Below, piece after piece: positions 27,198-37,330 of a stretch of DNA of 43,190 nt. Origin of the DNA: a virus. The position numbers and the translations under genes were made by a program. The notes beneath the pieces are model-generated. The model was given only the letters and a program-made list of their open reading frames with translations, had not been told where the DNA came from and searched no databases. The stretch is taken from the UHGV virus genome UHGV-0294267; one strand, 5' to 3'. Every line of letters starts with the position of its first letter. The first letter of the stretch is position 1.

Positions 27198-27692
27198 ATG
27201 GATTCTGTAAACTGGCAGACGGTCGGCGACAGTTTCAAAAACAATGCAGCGCCAATAGCACAAACCTCAAGCTCTGCATTAAACGCATTTTCATCGCTAA
27301 GCAGCGCGCGGCAGCAATCCAGTGGACTGAACACCAACGCGCAGCTGCTTGACCAGCAGGCAAACCAGGCCATTTTAAACACAGGCCAGCAGTCGGCGCT
27401 TATTCGTCGCCGCGGTGGGCAATTTCAGGGAGATCAGGATGCGCGCATTGCTGCGAGCGGTACCGGCTTTGGCGGCACTAATGCGCTACTGCGCCGGCAG
27501 ACAGCGCTTAACATACAGGAAGATGCGAACGCGGTAGCTAACGAGGGCATCCTCCAGTCTGACGCGCTGAAGAATCAGGCCAGCGCCACACGCCAGCAGT
27601 CGAAAGCGTCACGACCGGGTTTGCTGGGGTTCCTGGGGGCGGGCGCGCAGATTGGTAGCACGTTCCTTGGCGCAAAATACGGACAGAAATAG
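27198..27692 (+). CDS. putative internal virion protein (164 aa; Gln/Ala/Ser-rich)
   Basis: Composition and position immediately before the large ejection proteins. Confidence 0.4.
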   Translation: MDSVNWQTVGDSFKNNAAPIAQTSSSALNAFSSLSSARQQSSGLNTNAQLLDQQANQAILNTGQQSALIRRRGGQFQGDQDARIAASGTGFGGTNALLRRQTALNIQEDANAVANEGILQSDALKNQASATRQQSKASRPGLLGFLGAGAQIGSTFLGAKYGQK

Positions 27693-27701
27693 GACGCGAA
27701 A

Positions 27702-30416
27702 ATGCCTAACTTACCTTTTTACGATCGTCAGGTGACGACACAAGGGCTTGGCGCCGGGCCGGTGGAATTACCCAATAACACAACCGATCAGCAGATGCTG
27801 AATACTGGTGCGGATGCCGCCGCCAGGGCAACAGCGTCTATTACGCGACAGGTTTCAGACACGGCTTTACAGGACGGCGCGTTGAAACTGGACACCATCA
27901 AATACAACCTTTTTAACCAGGTTCGCCAGAAGCAAGGGCAAAATGCTATTGGCTCTTCTGATGATGCCCTACAGCAATTTGATCAGGCCGCCGGCACACT
28001 GGGGCAGACCATACCAGAAGGCAGGCGAGATGACTGGAACAGGCAGGTAGCGGCAACACGCCTGCAGCTGCAGAGTTCTGCCGATTCGCATGAATATCAG
28101 CAATTTCAGGACTACAGCCGTGGGCAACTGGATGGACGTCTGCAGATGGCTGTGAATGATGCCGAAACTTATCGCAGCGATCCGGGAAACTATGCCGTTA
28201 CCAGGGCAAAGGCGATTGATGCTATCCGGACCTACGGTGCTGCAAACGGACAATCTGATGATGAAGTAAACGGCCGGATAGCCAGACTTGATCAGCAGAT
28301 GTCTCAGAACGCCACGCAGGCATATATTGCAGACTGGCGGACAAAACAACTTACCTCTCCAACGACTTTCACCCCTGGCGACCTTTCATCTGACAAAGTT
28401 TTCTCAGCGATGATCCCTGCGGAATCTGGCGGCCGGCAGTTTAATGGCAATGGTCAAACGCTTACCTCGCCGGCTGGCGCCATGGGGATAGCGCAGGTCC
28501 TCCCAGCAACAGCTGAAGAAACGGCCAAAAAACATGGCATGCAGTGGGATCCACAACGCTTTATGTCTGACGCCAGTTACAACATGCAAATAGGTCAGCT
28601 ATATCACCAGGATCTTACCAAAAAATACGGGGGTAACCAGGCGCTCGCGGTAGCTGCATATAACGCCGGGCCGGGTGCGGTAGATGACTGGATTAACGGT
28701 ACGAATAAAGCCGGAAAAAATCCGGCGCTCCTTCGTTTAGGGGATCCCAATAAAGGGGAGATTTCCAGCGATCAGTTTATTGCCGGGATACCTTTTAGCG
28801 AAACCCGTAATTACACCATGAATGTTTTAAGCCGTGCTCAGTCTTTGCCGCCGGAAGCTGAGATATCGCAGATCCAGAAAATGCCCTGGTATCAGAATGC
28901 GAGTCCGGAGCAGAAGAGCCAGTTTTTAGGTCAGGTATCCGCTGAAGTAAACCGGCAGCGCGCGTACGGCATGCAGAACCTGCAGGACACCATGCAAAAC
29001 AATATGGCTCAGATGCAGAACGGGATCATGCCCACACGTGACGTCACTCGCCAGGAATATCTCTCATATCTGCCGCAGGGAGCAACCGCGCCACAGCTTG
29101 AACAATTCAACCGCCAATATGATGAGTATGAAGCGACAAAAGCGCTGGTACCGACATATAACACGATAATGACGCAGCCTGTCGCGATGGCGCAGCAGAG
29201 TGTTCAGGCGCTTTACCCGCAACCTAATGACCCGGATTTTGATCGCAAGTTGTCTTTGTACCAGAAAGCTACCGCCCAGTTGCAGCAGGTAACGCAACAG
29301 CGAAAAAGTGATCCCGGCTCGTGGTTTATGAAAAACTCCCCACTGGTGCAGCAGGCATACAGCGCATGGCAACAAAACCCCTCAGATTCGACTATGGCCC
29401 AATCATTTATCGCCTCAGTGCAATCAGAGAAAAACCGATTCGGGATTAATAGCCAGAAGGTGCTTCCTGACTCAATCGCTCAGGCTATGGCCGAAGGATT
29501 TAACAACAACAAAGAAACAACGGTTGAATCCATCAGGCAGCAGCTGAACGCTTTTGGTCCATATTCTCAGGCAGTTGGCCGGCAGATTATGGGGCAGAGT
29601 AAAAATGGTCCTCTGGTTGGTGCATTATCATCTGGAAACCCGCGGGCGAGTGTGCCGCTGTGGCAGGAAAGGAACACGCCAACGGCCAGCCTGAAAGAGT
29701 CCGTGATTGCGAAAAACGGGAAAGGATCGGATTCCTCAGTAACGCAAGAATGGGCCGATGCGTCTGCAGATTTCCGTCAGACGATGCTTGTGCAGCCCGG
29801 CGGGGCAGGAAGCTGGTCCACGCTGGACGAACAGGGGCAGCGGCTGACGATGATCAACGTATTGCGTGGAATGGATGCCAGCGCGGCAGCAAAGCAGGCT
29901 GCTGCCGATATGTTCACCAGTCAATACACTGTCAACGATACGTATCGCGTCCCGACATATCTTGGCTATCAGCCTGATTATATTGCCCGCGGCGCTAGTC
30001 TGTTTAAAGACAAACTGACAGCCGATCAGCTTCAGCCTCTTAATTTTGGTAGTAAAACGCCTGACGAATTCACCAAATCGCAGACGCTTTACGAGGTGAA
30101 AAATAACGCTCACTGGGTGAATAATTCCGATGATTCCGGGCTGGTGCTTTACCTTGGAAACAACGTACAGAATGATGCCGACGGCAATCCGGTTACCGTC
30201 AGCTTTGCCGATCTCGACAAAATGGCGAAAGCTGATCCCTCCTGGTGGCAGAGCGTTAAAAAATTCGCATCCCAGGAGACGCCGTATACACCAGGAACTG
30301 AACGAGATGCGCGCGCGCAGAAACTTCAGGGGCTGCGGGAAACCTATGGCGGACAGTCACAAAGCGGCGTGTCATTTGCTGAAGGAATGAGGGATACCAA
30401 TGCCAATATTCGTTGA
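27702..30416 (+). CDS. internal virion/ejection protein with a lytic transglycosylase (SLT) domain
   Basis: 904 aa. The SLT catalytic region is ...ESGGRQFNGNGQTLTSPAGAMGIAQV...AYNAGPGAVDDWI. Confidence 0.75.
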   Translation: MPNLPFYDRQVTTQGLGAGPVELPNNTTDQQMLNTGADAAARATASITRQVSDTALQDGALKLDTIKYNLFNQVRQKQGQNAIGSSDDALQQFDQAAGTLGQTIPEGRRDDWNRQVAATRLQLQSSADSHEYQQFQDYSRGQLDGRLQMAVNDAETYRSDPGNYAVTRAKAIDAIRTYGAANGQSDDEVNGRIARLDQQMSQNATQAYIADWRTKQLTSPTTFTPGDLSSDKVFSAMIPAESGGRQFNGNGQTLTSPAGAMGIAQVLPATAEETAKKHGMQWDPQRFMSDASYNMQIGQLYHQDLTKKYGGNQALAVAAYNAGPGAVDDWINGTNKAGKNPALLRLGDPNKGEISSDQFIAGIPFSETRNYTMNVLSRAQSLPPEAEISQIQKMPWYQNASPEQKSQFLGQVSAEVNRQRAYGMQNLQDTMQNNMAQMQNGIMPTRDVTRQEYLSYLPQGATAPQLEQFNRQYDEYEATKALVPTYNTIMTQPVAMAQQSVQALYPQPNDPDFDRKLSLYQKATAQLQQVTQQRKSDPGSWFMKNSPLVQQAYSAWQQNPSDSTMAQSFIASVQSEKNRFGINSQKVLPDSIAQAMAEGFNNNKETTVESIRQQLNAFGPYSQAVGRQIMGQSKNGPLVGALSSGNPRASVPLWQERNTPTASLKESVIAKNGKGSDSSVTQEWADASADFRQTMLVQPGGAGSWSTLDEQGQRLTMINVLRGMDASAAAKQAAADMFTSQYTVNDTYRVPTYLGYQPDYIARGASLFKDKLTADQLQPLNFGSKTPDEFTKSQTLYEVKNNAHWVNNSDDSGLVLYLGNNVQNDADGNPVTVSFADLDKMAKADPSWWQSVKKFASQETPYTPGTERDARAQKLQGLRETYGGQSQSGVSFAEGMRDTNANIR

Positions 30417-32106
30417 TGATGGTGACGCCGGGTCTGGCCTGCAGCAGCCGGGAAGTAATTTCGAAAGTGGATTCGGTCAGGCTCTGGGGGCTGCATTTTC
30501 AGAAGGGATGCGATCGGGGCCAGCCAACGCCGGGAATCGTTTTTTAGAATCTGAAGCCTATGCGAATGATCCAACATCTCCATTGGTTGATCAGCAGACG
30601 GCTCAGCAAAAGTTTGACGCGCTGGGTATTAAAAATATCAAAGTTCCAGAACAGGGTGTAACACAGGCATACCTGGACCATGTAACCGAGACAAACCGGG
30701 CAACACGGGAACGAAGGGCTATATTGCAATCCGCGCCTTCCGGTGTGGCTACTCCTCTTATTTTTACCGCGGGTCTGGCTGGGGCAATGACGGATCCGGG
30801 TAATCTTGCTCTGGGGTTTGTTCCTGGTTTGGGAGAGGTGAAAGCTGCCAGCGTAGCCGGCAGGTTTGCTCAGCGATTTGTACAGGGGGCCAGCGCCGGT
30901 GCCGTCCAGTCTCTGGTTGCCGAACCTATTAATGCTCTGGCGTCAGCGTCTGAAGGGGATGATTACACTCTCGGGCAGGCGGTGGAAAATTTCTTTATGA
31001 ACACGATCGCCGGCGGCGGCCTGCATGCTTTTGGCGGCGCCGTTCGTGATTCTATTGCCGCCAGGCGCCAGGCGCGTTTTCAACAGGATAATCCGCAGGC
31101 GGTTGCAGATGCTGCGCCGGCAGGGCAGGCGGATGCGGTTAGCTCTGCAGGATTAACCCCTGATAATGCCCCTGGGTTTAACGATCGCTTTGCTGATGCT
31201 CAAACGGACCTGGCAAGAACTATTAACAGCAGGGTTGATGATTATGCGTATTCACGAGCCTGGAATGAAAATATTCAACCTTACCGCGAATCTTTAGCTG
31301 CGCAGCTTGATGGTCAGTCACCCTGGGTGGGAGAAATTAACCGTCAGATTCGTGAAAATGAGTTAGCCATACAGCAGGAAGAACAGCGTTTCCGGGATTT
31401 ATCAAAGCAGTATCAGGGCCAACGCATGACGCGCAAGCAAGCGGAGTCCCGGGCGCGAAAAGATGTTGACGCATGGCGCCGGCAGACCGAAGAAACAAAC
31501 GCACGTCTGCGCGATGAACTGGCTTCTAATCGTGATGCAGAAGTTGCCAGAGGTAAATTACGCCAGCTTGATCGTGGTGAGATCCCGGAGGATTTCGCGG
31601 ATTTGATTGCTGGCAGGTCTGCACAGATTAAACAGGGGCTTCAGGTTTCGCCTGTTGCCGGTGGTGTAAAAACGGCGGCAGAACGCTTCAACGAGTCTAA
31701 TATCTTTGTCCGGCAGAACGCTTTTCGTTCAGCGATCAGGCAAGCTGCGGACGGATATTCACCTGATATTGAAGATTTCTTTCGTCTTGGCGATCCGGCA
31801 GAAAGAAATACAGCACTGAACCGCCTTCGGACACAGGCCGATAACCAGCGTCATTCTGATGCGGCCGCGCGGGCAGCGAGTGCCGATGCAGAGAGAACCA
31901 TCCAGCAGCGCGGAGACGACGAACTGCGGGCGGCGCAGGAAGATCTGCAATCTGAAATGGAACTGGCCCAGGCCCATTTTAACGGACTGGAAAATCAGGC
32001 AGAGATAAACGCCCACCTTGCGGAAATAAATGCCGCTGCGGGTGACCAGAGTTTTGCCCAGGCAGCGCGGGCATTTGCCGCATGTATGTTGAGGAGAGCG
32101 ATTTAA
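30400..32106 (+). CDS. internal virion/ejection protein (568 aa)
   Basis: Large Ala/Gln-rich protein, coupled to the neighbouring ejection-protein genes. Confidence 0.5.
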   Translation: MPIFVDDGDAGSGLQQPGSNFESGFGQALGAAFSEGMRSGPANAGNRFLESEAYANDPTSPLVDQQTAQQKFDALGIKNIKVPEQGVTQAYLDHVTETNRATRERRAILQSAPSGVATPLIFTAGLAGAMTDPGNLALGFVPGLGEVKAASVAGRFAQRFVQGASAGAVQSLVAEPINALASASEGDDYTLGQAVENFFMNTIAGGGLHAFGGAVRDSIAARRQARFQQDNPQAVADAAPAGQADAVSSAGLTPDNAPGFNDRFADAQTDLARTINSRVDDYAYSRAWNENIQPYRESLAAQLDGQSPWVGEINRQIRENELAIQQEEQRFRDLSKQYQGQRMTRKQAESRARKDVDAWRRQTEETNARLRDELASNRDAEVARGKLRQLDRGEIPEDFADLIAGRSAQIKQGLQVSPVAGGVKTAAERFNESNIFVRQNAFRSAIRQAADGYSPDIEDFFRLGDPAERNTALNRLRTQADNQRHSDAAARAASADAERTIQQRGDDELRAAQEDLQSEMELAQAHFNGLENQAEINAHLAEINAAAGDQSFAQAARAFAACMLRRAI

Positions 32107-35030
32107 TGGCACAGGGTGAATTTTTAACTGCCTGCGAGCAAGCAGTAAACACGGCCGCCGGGCGGCAGCTGGCTGAAGATGAGATGCAGGACCTGGTATC
32201 ACGGATGGAATCAACGGTTTCCCGCATACGCGCCGAAAATGAGGGGTTATCTCTCGAAGAAGCCGCGCTCCGTGCAGCCGATGAAATTGCGCGTGATGAT
32301 GCTCTGGCGAAGCATATCGAGGCCCGTAACCGGGTAATAAATATGCGTCTGCTGCATGAAAATCTTCAGCGCATAGACGCTTTTGGTGGGCGCCCGGACC
32401 TGGCTTTATCCGCGATTATGGTTGGGCGCAATGAGGCGGTATCCGGTTCCCGCGACAGCGCATTTAACAACATGCGCCAGCTGCGTGATCATTATATTTC
32501 TGGACTGGCGAATGACCTGGAGGAGCAGGGTGTGCTGCCTGTTTTTTCCAATGGCTCTCTTGATCAAAGTGTGGCAGATGCCATGTGGCGCCTGGGCAAT
32601 AAGCAGGATGTAAGCCATCTTCCCGAGGATGCGATAAAAATTGCACACATTCTGGATAAGTGGCAGGAAAAGGCTCGCGTTGACTCCAATCGCGCCGGTG
32701 CCGCTATCGGCAAAATACCGGGTTATATCGCGCGGCAGTCCCACGATATCCATAAGATCCGTACCGCCGGTTTTGAGTCATGGCGCGATACCATTCTGCC
32801 AGAACTCGATCAGCGCACTTTCGAAGGCCTGGACATCAACGGCCAGAATGGTTTGACGGTACGGAAAGCCAAGGCAATGACGGAAGACCAAATTTATGGA
32901 CGAGCGCGGCCGGCAAAACCGTTAAAGCCTGAAAATGTTGGCGCACTGGCGCAGCGGGCAGACGGACGTTTTTACATTAAAGGTGTCGTCAGTGAAAACG
33001 TCGATCTCATGCGTGGTAACGGGCAGGTTGTACGGGCGAACTTTCGTGACGGTAATCTGCTGGCGAACGGACAGGATATCGATCTCGGTGATATCGTCGG
33101 TTTCCGGAACGACGGCGGCGAGTGGGTGAGTGTCGCCGGGCGAACGCCGCGTTTTGATCCGACTGCATCGGGCGGGCTGTCACCATCACAGGCTGTCATT
33201 GATGATTTTCTGCATAATGTCTACGTTGGCCTGTCCTCCGGGGTTCACCTACGTTCTGATCGGCCGGACTGGATGAGCGGCTTTAAGGGCGGGGGCAGTA
33301 ATGTTGCGCGTCGTGCCAGTCAGGAGCGAGTGCTGCATTTCAAAGACGGGCTTTCTTGGTACCGGTATAACGATAAATTTGGCGTGGGAAACCTCCGTGA
33401 AGCGGTAGGCAGTGGCCTGATTCATTCGGCAGAAACTACAGGCGTAATGCGCCGCATGGGTACCAATCCCGAAAACATGTTTAACGAACTGGCCGATCGC
33501 ATAGAACAGCGCTACAAAGACGCGAAAGATGACACGGCGTTAAACAAGTTCCGGCAGAAACGAAACACCTCCCTGACCAATCAGCTGAAAGAGATAACAG
33601 GCCAGACAAATATTCCTGGTAATGCCGCGCTTGCCCGCGTTGCGGCCACCACGCGCGCGATAGAAACCATGATGAAGCTTGGCGGCTCAATGATTTCTTC
33701 CTTCAACGATATTGCCACCCAGGCAATGGAGATGCGTTATCAGGGACGAAATATGTTGGGCTCGGTCTGGGAAGCCACGGCAAATAAAGTGCAGCTGACG
33801 CGCTGGAAAAATGCGGAACGCCAGCAGGTTCTTAAATCGATCGGGTTGCATGCTGATGCGATGAAAGACGAGTTAATTTATCGCTTCAGCGCTGACAATT
33901 CGATGCCCGGTAGAGTTAACAGGGCGATGCGAAATTATTTTCGGCTGAACCTGCAAAGCTGGTGGACGAACAGCAGCCGCTATAGTACGGGAATGATGGT
34001 TTCTGAGTGGATGGGGGCGCATGCTGGAAAGTCTTTCCGTGATGTGCCAGATGAGCTGCGCCGGGTTCTGTCGATGCATGGTATTGAAGAAAACGAGTGG
34101 GCTGCGCTCAGTAAAATGAAACTGCGCGCTGCAGATGGCAATGCCTACATGACGCCGGACGGAGTGGCGGATATCCCCCGCACGGATATCGAAAATTATC
34201 TCACCAACCGCGGCATAAAAATTAATGACCGCTCGGTAGAATATGCGAGGGATCTTCTTTCCGATAAGGTCCGCGGCTATATTCTCGATCGCGTTGGCGT
34301 AGCTCTGAACGAACCGGATGCGCGTACAATGTCGATCATGAAGCAAGGTATGCAGCGCGGAACCGCCTATGGCGAAATGCTCCGGTTTGCATGGCAGTTT
34401 AAATCATTCACTGCCAGTTTTATGCAGAATGCGATCGGTCGCGAGCTCTACGGTCGTGGTTATGATTTTGGTTCACTAAGCCAGAATAATACCTTCCGCA
34501 ATAACGCACTGACCCGTGCGATGCGCAATGGAAACGGTGAACTGATGGGCGTTGCCCAGCTTTTCCTATGGGCGACGGCTTTTGGTTATCTCTCCATGCA
34601 GACGAAGCTCATGTTGAGGGGGCAGACCCCGCGTCCGGCCGACAACGTCAGTACATGGACAGCGGCTATGGCGCAGGGTGGCGGTTTGGGCATCTTGGGC
34701 GATTTTCTCTTTGGCGAATACAATCGGTTCGGTAATACCCCAGCGACGTCGCTGGCCGGCCCCTTTGCATCCGATGCCGCGCAGGCTATAAACCTCTTTG
34801 GGCTAACGAAACAGGGTGATGCAAAAGCCGCTGATTACTTTAACTTTGCGATAAATCACACCCCTTACATGAATCTGCACATCGTGCGGCCGGTGATGGA
34901 CTTCCTAATCCTAAACCAGATGAGGGAATGGATGTCGCCTGGCTCACTGCAGCGTTATCAGCAACGTGTGAAGGAAGAGCAGGGAAACGACTTTATTATC
35001 CCGCCGTCGCAGTTTATGCTTGGGCGATGA
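32106..35030 (+). CDS. internal virion/ejection protein (974 aa)
   Basis: The ATG at 32106 overlaps the previous stop as TAATG. It is the third and largest of the ejection-protein set. Confidence 0.55.
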   Translation: MAQGEFLTACEQAVNTAAGRQLAEDEMQDLVSRMESTVSRIRAENEGLSLEEAALRAADEIARDDALAKHIEARNRVINMRLLHENLQRIDAFGGRPDLALSAIMVGRNEAVSGSRDSAFNNMRQLRDHYISGLANDLEEQGVLPVFSNGSLDQSVADAMWRLGNKQDVSHLPEDAIKIAHILDKWQEKARVDSNRAGAAIGKIPGYIARQSHDIHKIRTAGFESWRDTILPELDQRTFEGLDINGQNGLTVRKAKAMTEDQIYGRARPAKPLKPENVGALAQRADGRFYIKGVVSENVDLMRGNGQVVRANFRDGNLLANGQDIDLGDIVGFRNDGGEWVSVAGRTPRFDPTASGGLSPSQAVIDDFLHNVYVGLSSGVHLRSDRPDWMSGFKGGGSNVARRASQERVLHFKDGLSWYRYNDKFGVGNLREAVGSGLIHSAETTGVMRRMGTNPENMFNELADRIEQRYKDAKDDTALNKFRQKRNTSLTNQLKEITGQTNIPGNAALARVAATTRAIETMMKLGGSMISSFNDIATQAMEMRYQGRNMLGSVWEATANKVQLTRWKNAERQQVLKSIGLHADAMKDELIYRFSADNSMPGRVNRAMRNYFRLNLQSWWTNSSRYSTGMMVSEWMGAHAGKSFRDVPDELRRVLSMHGIEENEWAALSKMKLRAADGNAYMTPDGVADIPRTDIENYLTNRGIKINDRSVEYARDLLSDKVRGYILDRVGVALNEPDARTMSIMKQGMQRGTAYGEMLRFAWQFKSFTASFMQNAIGRELYGRGYDFGSLSQNNTFRNNALTRAMRNGNGELMGVAQLFLWATAFGYLSMQTKLMLRGQTPRPADNVSTWTAAMAQGGGLGILGDFLFGEYNRFGNTPATSLAGPFASDAAQAINLFGLTKQGDAKAADYFNFAINHTPYMNLHIVRPVMDFLILNQMREWMSPGSLQRYQQRVKEEQGNDFIIPPSQFMLGR

Positions 35031-35051
35031 CCATCAATAGTCGGGGGATTT

Positions 35052-35384
35052 ATGCCATTGACAGAGCGGGAACAGGCTTTAACCGCAGAAAATGAGTATT
35101 ATCGTACGCGCGCAATAGAAAGGAATTTAGGTATCTTTTCGATTGTTTTATTAATCGGTGTAATTTTCAATTTTATTTTTTATCCCACAGACAATATCAT
35201 CTTGAGCGTAATATTCGGTGGTGTTCTTTGTGGGTATCTGGTTGCGTTAGATAAAAGAGTTAAGCATCAGAAACTCCTGGATAATATTTGCATAAATCAT
35301 TTTAGCAAGCCCTATAAAGCCGCAATTATTGAGTTTAGTGACTTTTTCAGACAGAAAACCGGATCGCCATCCACCTGGATTTGA
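35052..35384 (+). CDS. AT-rich moron: small membrane protein (110 aa, two predicted transmembrane helices)
   Basis: The ORF has markedly lower GC than its neighbours. Hydrophobic segments are GIFSIVLLIGVIFNFIFY and IILSVIFGGVLCGYLVAL. It is followed by its own terminator. Confidence 0.5.
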   Translation: MPLTEREQALTAENEYYRTRAIERNLGIFSIVLLIGVIFNFIFYPTDNIILSVIFGGVLCGYLVALDKRVKHQKLLDNICINHFSKPYKAAIIEFSDFFRQKTGSPSTWI

Positions 35385-35417
35385 CAGCTATCAAACCCTG
35401 CATTCTCTGCCCCCCAT

Positions 35418-35443
35418 CGGCCGCCATGTGCGGCCGTATTTTT
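35418..35443 (+). terminator. rho-independent terminator after the moron
   Basis: Hairpin CGGCCGC-CATGT-GCGGCCG followed by TATTTTT. Confidence 0.7.
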
Positions 35444-35520
35444 GCCCAGTACCCGCTTGCTTCATCAAGATCGTCACTGCCACCTTTAAATCAGCCATCC
35501 CGGCCGGGAGGTAAGGAACG

Positions 35521-35736
35521 ATGAAAATGACACACAGAGTTTCCGAGGTCATAACCTACGGGACGTCAACGGCCAGCGCTACGTATTGGTTTTCGCAGTT
35601 GCTTGATTCATACACCCCCGGCCAGTGGGCAGCCATTGGCGTCATTGGCAGCCTGGTGTTCACCGCTTTGACCTTTCTCGTAAACATCTACTTCAAATGG
35701 CTGGCGTACCGCCGCGGCAAGTTGTCGGAAGGATGA
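35521..35736 (+). CDS. putative holin (71 aa)
   Basis: Small protein with a hydrophobic helix ([23 protein letters not shown]) and a charged C-terminus, directly upstream of the endolysin. Confidence 0.55.
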   Translation: MKMTHRVSEVITYGTSTASATYWFSQLLDSYTPGQWAAIGVIGSLVFTALTFLVNIYFKWLAYRRGKLSEG

Positions 35737-35740
35737 TCCC

Positions 35741-36280
35741 ATGACCAAAGACGAAATTTTTAACGCCATTCTTGGGAAAGAGGGCGGCTACGTGAATAAC
35801 CCGAACGATAAAGGCGGACCGACGAACTGGGGAATAACCCTGGCCGTCGCCCGGGCCCACGGTTATAACGGCGATATGCGCAACCTGACACGCCAGCAGG
35901 CGCTGGATATCCTGGAGGCTGACTACTGGACTGGCCCGCGTTTCGATCAGGTATCTGCGCTGTCACCGACTATTGCCGCTGAGCTGTGCGATACCGGAGT
36001 GAATATGGGGCCGGCGGTAGCCGCAAAATTCCTGCAGCGAGTTTTGAATGTGATGAACAACCAGGGGCGGCTGTACGCGGATATCGTTGCTGACGGGCAG
36101 ATCGGACCGCGAACCATTGCCGCATTGCGCAGCTACCTTTTCGCCAGGGGCGAAATCGGCACTACAGTTATGCTCAAAGCACTTAACAGCCTGCAGGGTG
36201 CCCGTTATATCGAGCTTTCAGAGCAGAGAGCAGCTAACGAAGTATTTACTTTTGGATGGTTCAACAGGGTGACGCTATGA
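35741..36280 (+). CDS. endolysin, GH108 family with a peptidoglycan-binding domain
   Basis: The N-terminal GH108 signature is EGGYVNNPNDKGGPTNWGIT. A C-terminal PG-binding-like region (QIGPRTIAALRSYL) is present. Confidence 0.8.
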   Translation: MTKDEIFNAILGKEGGYVNNPNDKGGPTNWGITLAVARAHGYNGDMRNLTRQQALDILEADYWTGPRFDQVSALSPTIAAELCDTGVNMGPAVAAKFLQRVLNVMNNQGRLYADIVADGQIGPRTIAALRSYLFARGEIGTTVMLKALNSLQGARYIELSEQRAANEVFTFGWFNRVTL

Positions 36281-36621
36281 AATTGATTATCTTTGCCGGG
36301 TTTGTGCTGCTCGCAATTATCGTCCTGCTGCTGATCCGTAAATACTCCTCATTGGAGTTTGTCAGTCATGCCCGCCTGCTTTTTAAAACGTGGTCTGTTT
36401 GGCTGGCTTCCATCGGTACAGCGCTGGGCGCGTTTGTTCAGTCGTTCCCGGATGCGGCCCTGCAGGCGTGGGCTATCCTTCCGCCGGATATTAAAGGCTA
36501 TCTTCCAACGAACATTCTGGGCTTCATCAGCCAGGCAATGATCGTACTGGCCGTGCTGGCTCAGTTCGTCCGGCAGACAAAGTTAAAGGACCGGGCTGAT
36601 TCGATGAGGGCGCCGCAATGA
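36277..36621 (+). CDS. lysis-cassette membrane protein (114 aa, about three transmembrane segments), possibly a second holin or antiholin
   Basis: The ATG overlaps the endolysin stop (ATGA). Three hydrophobic segments are present. Confidence 0.45.
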   Translation: MKLIIFAGFVLLAIIVLLLIRKYSSLEFVSHARLLFKTWSVWLASIGTALGAFVQSFPDAALQAWAILPPDIKGYLPTNILGFISQAMIVLAVLAQFVRQTKLKDRADSMRAPQ

Positions 36622-36914
36622 CCGAAATTCTCTCTCTTCTGTCCGGTGGCTGGGGTTATATCGCCGCCGGCACCGCAGTGGTGATCGCATTAGTGGCTTC
36701 CTGGTTTACCGGGAAGAAAGTTGGTGCCACCCAGACGCAGGCAAAGGCTGATGTCGAGGCGGCGCAGGAAGTTACTAAACAGGCCGAGGCGGCAACCCAG
36801 CGCCAGGCAGATATCGTTAAGGTGGTGAAAAATGTTGAGCAGGATAACCAGTCTGTTTCTGATAGCGCTGCTCGCGAACGCATGCAGCAATCAAAGTACC
36901 ACTCCGACAATTAG
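36618..36914 (+). CDS. i-spanin (Rz-like)
   Basis: N-terminal transmembrane helix (GWGYIAAGTAVVIALVASWF) followed by a charged, Gln/Ala-rich helical periplasmic domain. It has the o-spanin gene embedded in its 3' part. Confidence 0.6.
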   Translation: MTEILSLLSGGWGYIAAGTAVVIALVASWFTGKKVGATQTQAKADVEAAQEVTKQAEAATQRQADIVKVVKNVEQDNQSVSDSAARERMQQSKYHSDN

Positions 36915-37059
36915 ATACGTCACCGTCGATTCTGCGTGCACCGCATTCAGCACCATCATCACCCACGGGAAAGATCCGGAGGTTATGGACATCAGAACCG
37001 TGCGGCAAATCAACGCCCACAACGATAAATGGGACGCTCTTTGCGGTGAGAAAAAATGA
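36832..37059 (+). CDS. o-spanin (Rz1-like outer-membrane lipoprotein)
   Basis: 75 aa with a signal peptide and lipobox-like LLANAC. It overlaps the i-spanin gene in the +1 frame. Confidence 0.55.
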   Translation: MLSRITSLFLIALLANACSNQSTTPTIRYVTVDSACTAFSTIITHGKDPEVMDIRTVRQINAHNDKWDALCGEKK

Positions 37060-37283
37060 ACATCATCAAATGGCTTCTGACGAAGCACCAACCGAAAACC
37101 AACATAAAGGAACTGGATATGACAGCTATTACCATTTCACTGACTATTGCTGATGTGGCAAAGATCGTTAACGACAATTCTGATATTAAGGCGGCAGTTA
37201 TCGCTAAATACTTAGAAACCAACGCCCCCGAACTGGTCATTCCTGATCTTCCTGTGGTTGAGACCGTTGAACCTACCGCGTAA
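37056..37283 (+). CDS. hypothetical protein (75 aa)
   Basis: ORF coupled (ATGA) to the o-spanin stop and followed by a terminator. Confidence 0.4.
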   Translation: MNIIKWLLTKHQPKTNIKELDMTAITISLTIADVAKIVNDNSDIKAAVIAKYLETNAPELVIPDLPVVETVEPTA

Positions 37284-37305
37284 CTCCGAAATCTTCTACC
37301 GTCCT

Positions 37306-37330
37306 GGCCGCATATTGCGGCCTTATTTTT
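37306..37330 (+). terminator. rho-independent terminator after the lysis cassette
   Basis: Hairpin GGCCGCA-TAT-TGCGGCC followed by TTATTTTT. It is near-identical to the element at 35430-35450. Confidence 0.7.

Noticed and set aside
31759-34346. Minus-strand ORFs inside the ejection-protein genes (31759..32214, 33873..34346 and others)
   Set aside because: They are antisense shadow ORFs within long, contiguous, translationally coupled plus-strand genes.
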